64,000 nucleotides of DNA. Source: an uncultured Eubacteriales bacterium. GTDB taxonomy: Bacteria; Acidobacteriota; Aminicenantia; Aminicenantales; CALLJL01. The notes under the pieces were generated by a model. That model was not told where the DNA came from. It saw nothing but the letters and a program-made list of their open reading frames with translations, and did not search any database. The stretch lies in contig CAZVIN010000042.1 of assembly GCA_964627255.1 (NCBI GenBank), positions 249-64,248 on the forward strand, given 5' to 3'. The position numbers and the translations under genes were made by a program. How positions within the stretch are numbered: position 1 is the stretch's first letter; the number at the start of each line of letters is the position of its first letter. Below are positions 39,707-47,130 of the stretch, piece after piece.

Positions 39707-41245
39707 ATGTTAGGAGAAATTAAAGACTGTCCGCCCGAAGAGCCCGTGGCGGTTAAGGAAATGCCCTTTATTGTCAAAGGAGCGGGGCTCTTTCTTTTCG
39801 GGACTCTAATTAGCTCAGGGTTAAAATATCTTTTCGAGTTTATCGTGGCGCGGCGTTTGGGGCCGTCGGCTTTCGGGGTGTTTTTCTTGGGGTTAACTGT
39901 TTTTAAGCTGATGGAAAAAGTTGGCCCGTTGGAGCTAAATCAGGGTTTGCTTCGCTTCATTCCGGTCCGAAAAGATGAGGAGGAAACCGCGAGCGTGAGC
40001 GCCGTAATTTTAGCGGCCCTGAGAATCAGCATTTTTTTTAGCGCTATTTTAGCGTTTCTCGTTTTTCTTTTTGCCTCTCCTATCGGGAAGGGATTTTTTC
40101 ATGTTTCTTCAGTGGCTTTAGTCCTCAGAGTTCTTTCCTTAGGCTTGATATTTTCGGTGGCGGCCGAACTCTTGGCTTTCAGTCTCCAGGCTTTAGGTGC
40201 TATTAGATACCGCGTTTATTTTAGGTTGGTTTTAGAGCCGGCACTCAGCATTATTATAGTTTTATTTTTGTTCCAATTTGGTCCCAGTTTATGGGCCCCA
40301 CCGATTGCTTTAATCGCGCCTTTTTTTTTGAGTTTTTTTCTTGGTTTCTGGTTTTTAAGAAAGTTTCTGCGGGGCCAGTTTAAAGGAAGAACAGTTGAAC
40401 CTGACGACTTCAAAGAATTATTGGCTTTTTCTTTGCCCCTTTTCTTAGCCAGTTTGCTTTCTTTTCTCCTTTATCAGGTGACTCCCCTCATGTTTGGCTA
40501 CTTTCGGTCCGCCCAAGAAGTGGGGCTTTATGCGGCCGCGCTGCGCACCTCTTTTCTTTTATTATTAACTCTGGAGGCCTTTAATGCCGTTTTTGCACCG
40601 CTCATTTCTGACCTGACTAACCGCGGGGATTTGAGAACGTTAGAGGCGCTTTTTAAAGTAATCACTAAATGGGTTTTTTCTCTTTCTTTGCCTTTATTCT
40701 TGATTTTGAGTCTTTTTGGTCGTGAAGTGCTGGGTTTATGGGGGAAGCGATACCAACAGGCCTTTCTTTGCCTCCTCATTTTGGCTGCTGGCCAGTTGAT
40801 TAACTGCGCCACGGGGCCGGTTGGTTATATGATTTCCATGAGCGGGCGGCCCAAGCTAAGTTTAGCTAATACTTCGGCGACGCTTATCCTGAATATTTTT
40901 CTCAATTTGTTTCTGATTCCTCGTTACGGGATTATCGGCGGTGCTATCTCCTTCGCTTTAAGTCTGAGCTTAGTTAACTTGGCCAGGTTAATCGAGGTCT
41001 GGCTGATTCTTAAGATTCATCCCTACCGGCTTGACTTTTATAAACCTCTTCTGGCTGGCTTCATTTCTTTTCTAATTACCTTAGGGTTAAGGAGTCATTT
41101 TTTTTCGGCAGGAGATTTGATTCGGCTGGTCCTTGGAACCTTAGCTTTTGGGCTTATTTATAGTCTGCTCTTGGTTGGCCTGGGCATCGCTGAAGAGGAA
41201 AAAATTATTCTGGTTAAAATAAAGGAGAAGCTCAGCCTGCGATAA
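39707..41245 (+). CDS. Wzx-type oligosaccharide flippase
   Basis: 512 aa polytopic membrane protein; RRLGPSAFGVF, EVGLYAAA, GPVGYMISMSGR, LIPRYGIIGGA. Confidence 0.88.
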   Translation: MLGEIKDCPPEEPVAVKEMPFIVKGAGLFLFGTLISSGLKYLFEFIVARRLGPSAFGVFFLGLTVFKLMEKVGPLELNQGLLRFIPVRKDEEETASVSAVILAALRISIFFSAILAFLVFLFASPIGKGFFHVSSVALVLRVLSLGLIFSVAAELLAFSLQALGAIRYRVYFRLVLEPALSIIIVLFLFQFGPSLWAPPIALIAPFFLSFFLGFWFLRKFLRGQFKGRTVEPDDFKELLAFSLPLFLASLLSFLLYQVTPLMFGYFRSAQEVGLYAAALRTSFLLLLTLEAFNAVFAPLISDLTNRGDLRTLEALFKVITKWVFSLSLPLFLILSLFGREVLGLWGKRYQQAFLCLLILAAGQLINCATGPVGYMISMSGRPKLSLANTSATLILNIFLNLFLIPRYGIIGGAISFALSLSLVNLARLIEVWLILKIHPYRLDFYKPLLAGFISFLITLGLRSHFFSAGDLIRLVLGTLAFGLIYSLLLVGLGIAEEEKIILVKIKEKLSLR

Positions 41246-41472
41246 GGTGAATTACGCTTTATTCAATGTTTCCCCTGATAATTGCCTCCGGTCAACACTC
41301 AAGATATAGATTGCCTCGTATCTTATTCTGTTCTCAGCCTGGTTATAAATATTAGGCTGGCTAAACGCTGCCTCAATGAGAAAACTTATGACCTGGGAAG
41401 AGAAAAAGAAAAAATGATGGCCGAATCGAAGCTGGGCTCTGAAAGAAATGGGAAAGATTAATTAGGCTGTTA

Positions 41473-41501
41473 ATTGCTTCTTAATTTCAGGTTAATTATA
41501 A
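41473..41501 (+). promoter_or_regulatory. Internal sigma70 promoter for the sulfotransferase-GT unit
   Basis: TTGCTT-17 nt-TATAAT ending 26 nt before the ATG at 41528. Confidence 0.65.
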
Positions 41502-41527
41502 TAAAAAAACGGCCAAGAAAGTAGTCA

Positions 41528-42484
41528 ATGAAGGTAAAATATAAGGAAAGCGAAATCAATCTTCCCGATTTTTTAATCGTTGGCGCTGCCCGTTCCGGAA
41601 CAACTTTTCTTGTATATTTATTACACCAACATCCACGAATATTTTTCCCGGCAGTCAAGGAGCCGATGTTTTTTGCTCTTTACGAGCAAGAGAAAGTTAT
41701 TATCGATATCAGAACGGGTCGAAGAGTTGATTACCCAGTAGAAAGTCTGAATAATTATCTTAAACTATTCAGGGGGGCTAAGAAAGGTCAGTTGATGGGT
41801 GAGGCGTCGACTTGGTACCTTTATTTTTATGGGGCTACTCTGGCCAATATCGCTAAGGTCTATGGCCAGGCAATGAACCAGCTTAAAATTATAATTCTTT
41901 TACGTAACCCCGTGGAGAGAGCCTGGTCGCATTATTGGTTCAAGAGACGCAATGGTGAAGAGCTTTTAGGCTTTGACCAGGCCATTAGCGCCAGCGTCGT
42001 TGCTGAACGCAAAGAAAAGAATTATACGCCCGGGTTTGATTATCTTGATTATGGAAAATATTTTTTAAGGGTAAAAGCCTATCTGGATTCGGAGGCTAAA
42101 ACTAAGATAATTATTTATGAAGATTTATTGAAAGATAAAGAAAAAGTCATGAAAGAACTCTTTTTCTTCTTGGGAGTGGAGCCTTTCGGTCTTACCAAGT
42201 ATCAACAAGTTCGGGTTAACGTAGCCGGCCGGCCAAAAAATAGACTGAGCGCGCTTCTGGGACGGTTTGTGTATCAACCTCATGCTTTTAAATCATCGAT
42301 GAAATCCCTAATTCCTTATCATTGGCGCGTTCGCTGGAAAAATAGATTGGCTTCCTATCTTTATGCTAAGGAATCAATGCCCGACGAGTGGCGGAAGAGG
42401 TTGGCGGAATTTTACCGGGATGATGTGCACCAATTGGGCGCTCTCTTAAATCGTGATTTAACTTTCTGGCTGGAAGAAAGATAA
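41528..42484 (+). CDS. PAPS-dependent sulfotransferase
   Basis: PDFLIVGAARSGTT (5'-PSB loop), KEPMFF, GEASTWY, ILLRNPVERAWSHY (3'-PB). Confidence 0.9.
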   Translation: MKVKYKESEINLPDFLIVGAARSGTTFLVYLLHQHPRIFFPAVKEPMFFALYEQEKVIIDIRTGRRVDYPVESLNNYLKLFRGAKKGQLMGEASTWYLYFYGATLANIAKVYGQAMNQLKIIILLRNPVERAWSHYWFKRRNGEELLGFDQAISASVVAERKEKNYTPGFDYLDYGKYFLRVKAYLDSEAKTKIIIYEDLLKDKEKVMKELFFFLGVEPFGLTKYQQVRVNVAGRPKNRLSALLGRFVYQPHAFKSSMKSLIPYHWRVRWKNRLASYLYAKESMPDEWRKRLAEFYRDDVHQLGALLNRDLTFWLEER

Positions 42485-42934
42485 GTGCGGATCAGTCTTG
42501 TTTGTTCAGCCGGAGGCCATTTTTATGAGCTTTATTGTCTTGAGCCTCTCTGGAAGAAATATGAAAAATTCTGGGTCACTTTTAAAAAAGAGGATACCGA
42601 GTTCTTGCTGACAGGAGAGAAGGTTTATTGGGCCTACGCGCCGACGACGCGACATTGTAAGAATTTCTGGCGAAACCTAATTCTGGCGATAAAAATATTA
42701 CGACGGGAAAAGCCGCAAGTCATTGTCACCACTGGGGCCGGCGTTGGCGTCCCTTTTTTGCTTGTTGGCAGGTTTCTGGGCATGAAGACTGTTTTCATCG
42801 AGTCCATGGCCAGGGTCGAGAAGCTGTCTTTAAGTGGGCGCTTGGTCTATTGGCTGGCGGACCGATTTCTGGTTCAATGGCCAGAGTTGGCTCAAAGGTA
42901 CCGCCGGGCTTTTTTTCGCGGCCAAGTAATATGA
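42485..42934 (+). CDS. Alg14/PssD/Cps14F-like glycosyltransferase subunit
   Basis: LVCSAGGH, EKPQVIVTTGAGVGVP, VFIESMAR, LSLSGRL, LVQWPEL. Confidence 0.92.
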   Translation: MRISLVCSAGGHFYELYCLEPLWKKYEKFWVTFKKEDTEFLLTGEKVYWAYAPTTRHCKNFWRNLILAIKILRREKPQVIVTTGAGVGVPFLLVGRFLGMKTVFIESMARVEKLSLSGRLVYWLADRFLVQWPELAQRYRRAFFRGQVI

Positions 42935-43446
42935 ATATCTTTGTGACCGTCGGGTTTGAAAGCTTTCCCTTTGACCGCCTTATCAGGTTTATTGACGAGA
43001 CGGTTGCCCGAGAATTCTCGGAGGCAGAGTTCATGGTCCAAACGGGGAATTCCAAGTACATCCCGCGGTTTTGTCCGAGTCAACAGTTCCTCAGGTTTGA
43101 CGAGGTGGTTAATTATATTAAATTAGCCGATATCGTCGTCTCTCATGCGGGAGTGGGGACAACGCTTCTGGCCCTAAAGGCAGGGAAAATTCCGATTCTT
43201 TTTCCTCGGCGGGCTGAATATGGGGAGCACATCGATAACCACCAGGTTGATTTTGCCCGGAAGATGGAATTGTTAAAGAAGGTTCTGGTGGCTTATGAAC
43301 CGAGTGAGCTGCTGATAAAAATAAGAAAATATAGTGGCTTGGTTAAGGAAATCTTGTCTGAACAGGGCGGCCAAGCTTCGAGTGGTCTAAAAGAGTACCT
43401 GGAGCAATATTTGGGAGAAATAGCCAGGCGACATAAAAAGTTTTAA
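42931..43446 (+). CDS. Alg13/PssE/Cps14G-like glycosyltransferase subunit
   Basis: ATG coupled to the upstream stop; MNIFVTVG, FDRL, VQTG, SHAGVGT, PR...GEHIDNHQ. Confidence 0.92.
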   Translation: MNIFVTVGFESFPFDRLIRFIDETVAREFSEAEFMVQTGNSKYIPRFCPSQQFLRFDEVVNYIKLADIVVSHAGVGTTLLALKAGKIPILFPRRAEYGEHIDNHQVDFARKMELLKKVLVAYEPSELLIKIRKYSGLVKEILSEQGGQASSGLKEYLEQYLGEIARRHKKF

Positions 43447-43567
43447 AGATTTATAGCCAGGGAAAACAAAAAAATGATAAGGAAATAAAGAAAAAAAAGA
43501 AATAAAGAGAGAAAGGAAGAAAGAAGATAATGTGGGCGATGGCTGTTAAGAAAGAGGAATACGGACA

Positions 43568-44698
43568 GTGGCCAAAAGAAAGGGAGATATGATTAACTTA
43601 GAATTTATATTAAGAACCATTTTTTCACTTATCTTAAGGCGAGAGATACAATTTCAGTTTGACCGAATTCCCCTCGTGGCTCAGAAGATTTCGCGCCAGA
43701 AAATGTGGAACCTATTTCGAATCGCTCTCAACCGTTTATTACCTCTGGCTCCTGCCTTTGGTTATCCCTATATGGCCCATGTCTCGCCGGCAGGAGTCTG
43801 CAATCTCCGTTGTCCTATTTGCCCAGCGCATGACCCCCAAACAAAAGGCAAAACATTGTTGCCTTTTTCAACCTTCAAAAAATTAATCGACGAAATCGGT
43901 GATTATTTAATTTACGTCATTCTGTGGAGCTGGGGCGAGCCTTTTTTAAACCCAGAAATTTATCGGATGATTAGCTATGCCCGGGATAAAAATATTCTGA
44001 CCGTAACCAGTTCCAACCTTGACCGGTTTACTCAGGAAGACGCTGCTCAAGTGATTGCCTCCGGGTTAGACGCTCTCATTATTGCCCTTGACGGGGTTAG
44101 CGAAGAGACTTATAGCAAATACCGCAGCGGCGGTTCCCCGCAAAGAGTCATTGACAACACTAAGCTCTTGGTAGAAGAGCGAAAAAAAAGGGGGAGCAAG
44201 AAACCCTATTTGAATTTAAGGATGGTCGTCTCCAAGTATAATGAAAAAGAGGTCGAGGCTTTCCGCGTTCTGGGGAGGGAGCTGGGGGTGGATATGGTTA
44301 GCTTTAAGGCCTTTTCGACCCGTCAGCCCGGGTTTGCCTCGCCGGAAATTGACCGCCAGTTTGCTCCCGAATCTAAATTTTTCCGTTGGTATGATTATTT
44401 GCCTGACTATACTGTCTCCCGTAAACTCAAAAAATATAACTGCCGATTTCCCTGGACTAAACCCACCCTTTTCGCCGACGGTGAGATTCTCACCTGTGAA
44501 TTTGATTTTCGTTATGAATATTCCCTCGGCAACCTGAATCAAAAGAGTTTTCGGGAGATTTGGTTTGGTTCGAAAGCCAGAGAATTCAGACGTCGTTTTA
44601 ACCAAAACAGAGATGAAATTGCGTTCTGCCGGGATTGCGTCTTTGATTATAAACTTATTCCCGGATGTGTCGTGGCATGGGAATTTCTGAACAAGTAG
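43568..44698 (+). CDS. Radical SAM protein with Twitch/SPASM domain
   Basis: CNLRCPIC; WGEPFLNP; C-terminal CRFPW-x13-C...GNL..KSF.EIW...CRDC. Confidence 0.9.
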   Translation: MAKRKGDMINLEFILRTIFSLILRREIQFQFDRIPLVAQKISRQKMWNLFRIALNRLLPLAPAFGYPYMAHVSPAGVCNLRCPICPAHDPQTKGKTLLPFSTFKKLIDEIGDYLIYVILWSWGEPFLNPEIYRMISYARDKNILTVTSSNLDRFTQEDAAQVIASGLDALIIALDGVSEETYSKYRSGGSPQRVIDNTKLLVEERKKRGSKKPYLNLRMVVSKYNEKEVEAFRVLGRELGVDMVSFKAFSTRQPGFASPEIDRQFAPESKFFRWYDYLPDYTVSRKLKKYNCRFPWTKPTLFADGEILTCEFDFRYEYSLGNLNQKSFREIWFGSKAREFRRRFNQNRDEIAFCRDCVFDYKLIPGCVVAWEFLNK

Positions 44699-45717
44699 GT
44701 TTGGTGTCAATTTCGGTCATCGTCATTACTTATAACGAAGCTCTTAACATTCGTGGCTGTCTCGACTCACTTCTGGCCCAGGATTATCCAGTTGAAAAGT
44801 ATGAAATTATCGTCGTCGATTCTTCCGATGATGAAACTCCGCAAGTTGTCCAACAGTACCCAAGGGTCAGGCTGATTAAATCAGAAAAAGGTTTCAGTCA
44901 GCAAAAAAATATGGGCCTGCAAGCCGCTAAACACGAGATTGTGGCTTTTACTGATGCTGACTGCTTAGCTCCGCCTGATTGGTTGAGAATCATTGGCCGC
45001 GCTTTTAAGGATAAAACTTTCGCCGGAATTGGAGGGAATGCCTATCCTCCGCCCGGGACAAACCGCTTTGGCTTCTGGTCAGCCTGCGTTGGTCATCCTG
45101 GAGGCGGCGCTGTGGGCTTTGACGCCAATATAAAGATGACTGATAAGGGAGTTTATTTTGTTGCCGGCTGTAATTCGGCTTTTCGTCACAACGCTTTATT
45201 GGAAGTGGGTGGCTTCGACCCGCGCTTTAATGACGGCGGCGAAGATGTGGATATCTCCCGGCGCCTTCGAGCCAAAGGCTACTATCTGGCTTACGTTCCT
45301 GAGTGTACGGTTTACCATAAACCGCGGCCCACATTAAGGAGCTATTGCCGCTGGAATGTTCAGGTCGGGGTAACGAAACATAACTTATATCAACCTTCGC
45401 TATTTAAATTAATAACCCAACCAAGTTTTTTCCTTTGGTCAATCCTGAGCTTATCAGGCTGGCTTTGTCTCCTTTTGCTTCGGCCTTTTTTGGCTATTTT
45501 TATCGCTTTCTTTCTCTGGGGGGCCTTTCTTCTGCTTCTTTATTTCGGCGCCAGGCCCTTTCCTTTTCTTATCAAAAGAAGACGGCAAATAGGAGTGAAT
45601 CTGTTAATTGTCTTAACAGTTGTTCCGTTCCTGACCTGGCTACGACAGGTCTGTATTAACCTTGGGCAGCTTAAGAAATGGCGGTTCGAGATGAAAACGA
45701 AAAGAAGGCCCGCCTAA
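44665..45717 (+). CDS. Membrane-anchored family 2 glycosyltransferase
   Basis: SVIVITYNE, VVDSSDD, FTDADC, GGEDVD, C-terminal hydrophobic helices; true start may be 44677 or later. Confidence 0.88.
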   Translation: MCRGMGISEQVGLVSISVIVITYNEALNIRGCLDSLLAQDYPVEKYEIIVVDSSDDETPQVVQQYPRVRLIKSEKGFSQQKNMGLQAAKHEIVAFTDADCLAPPDWLRIIGRAFKDKTFAGIGGNAYPPPGTNRFGFWSACVGHPGGGAVGFDANIKMTDKGVYFVAGCNSAFRHNALLEVGGFDPRFNDGGEDVDISRRLRAKGYYLAYVPECTVYHKPRPTLRSYCRWNVQVGVTKHNLYQPSLFKLITQPSFFLWSILSLSGWLCLLLLRPFLAIFIAFFLWGAFLLLLYFGARPFPFLIKRRRQIGVNLLIVLTVVPFLTWLRQVCINLGQLKKWRFEMKTKRRPA

Positions 45718-45766
45718 GATCCCTCGGCAAAACTCTCTTCCTCGGAAATTGCCTCATTTTTGGCCC

Positions 45767-46990
45767 TTAATTCGTTGTGTTCTCGGTCCGGCAAAGTTGA
45801 GAGGGAAAGGCGGAACCTTCTAACGACGCCGCGATCAATTCAAAATGCCTCCGGGCCAGGTGCTGTTGTTTTCTCCTGACCTGGCCTAACTTTTCCTTCA
45901 GGCTATCTTTTTCCCTCCAGAGTAGCTCCCACCTCTCTTTAAGCAGATCTAGGCTTATTTTTTCCACGGGAATAACGAAATTTTCGAGGTCGTTTTCAGT
46001 CATAAAGCTAAATATTTTTCGGGCATAAGAGAGAGCCAGAAAGGGCACCTTAGCTTGGACCGCCAACAGGACAGAATGAAATCTGGTGGCTAAAAAGCAA
46101 TCACAGTTAGCAAATTTAGCTTTTAATTCCCCTAAGTCTTTCCAAGTGGCGATTTCGGTTGAGACATTATTTTCCTGCAGTCGACTGCTTATCTTTTCAG
46201 CCAGGCGAAGGTCAGAAAGAGCACTGGCCTGATAAAAGGGGAAAAACACGAGTCTTGCTTTATACTTTTAGCTAAGCCAGCTGAAAAATGAAATTAAAGA
46301 ATCTTCAAATCTTTCTTGGTGGTAAGTGCCGAAACTTCCCTTGGGCAGAAAACGCGCTGTCCAACCGACCAGAAGAACTGATTCCCTGTCTCTGCCGGTG
46401 GACTCAACAACCGATTCTTCGGAAAAGCTAAGGTCAGCCAGGGCAAAAATCTTCTGTGGGCTGATGGCCAGCTTGATTAATTCGCGAGCTGATGCCAAGT
46501 CTCTTGTAGTGAAGAAAAGGCTGCGTTTCCCTAAGGCTCGGAGTAATTTTCTCGATAGCCAGCCTTTTACTTCCCAATATCCGATGCCCAAAAAGGCATA
46601 ATTGGTCCCACAAAGCAAAGCCAGGAGGCTCCGTGAGAGGAAGAAAAAAAGCCTTGCCCGTCGGGTAACATTCTGAAGTTGATTGCCGGGGCCGGTTAGG
46701 AACAAGTCGCTTTTCTTCAGCCAAAAAATGTTAGCTGGAATCCAGGTGAGGGATTTAAAAAAGGGAAGGCCGGGTTCGCGCCATCCATTTCGTCCCGTAT
46801 AGACCAGTCTGATATTTTTTAGGGAAAAATTTTCTTGGGATAAAAGTTGGCGAGTAAGCTGGGGTTGGCCGGTAAAAATAATGATAAAACAGTCAGGCCA
46901 TTTAGCCCTTAATCCGTTAATAGCTGAGACTAAAAGAAGGTCGTCGCCCACATTGGCTTCGCCGAATGTTCCCATTAAAGATATAACCAT
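45767..46990 (-). pseudogene. Polysaccharide pyruvyltransferase (CsaB/WcaK-like) interrupted by one in-frame TAA at 46268-46270
   Basis: The two ORF-track pieces are in the same frame (...SWLS*KYKARLVFFPFY...); N-terminal GTFGEANVGDDL, TTRD, ADL; C-terminal TRFHS, ALSYARK; 407 codons in total. Confidence 0.85.
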
Positions 46991-47130
46991 GGCTTAATTT
47001 GCCGATAAGATTATGCTCTCTTTTTGAATAATGTAAACAGAAAAATTCAAAATTAGGCAAATTTTAATAAAAAGACTCTTTGGTAGACAATCTACCACTC
47101 CCGGCGCGGGCAGAAAGGGTTTTCTACTGG

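Noticed and set aside
42850-42930. Longer start for the Alg13-like gene
   Set aside because: It overlaps the Alg14-like gene; the family N-terminus MNIFVTVG begins at 42931 with ATGA coupling
43447-43567. RiPP precursor peptide upstream of the radical SAM gene
   Set aside because: A-rich spacer with only a 4-codon ORF (MIRK)
46268-46270. Programmed recoding (Sec or Pyl) at the pyruvyltransferase stop
   Set aside because: The codon is UAA, not UGA or UAG, and no SECIS-like hairpin follows
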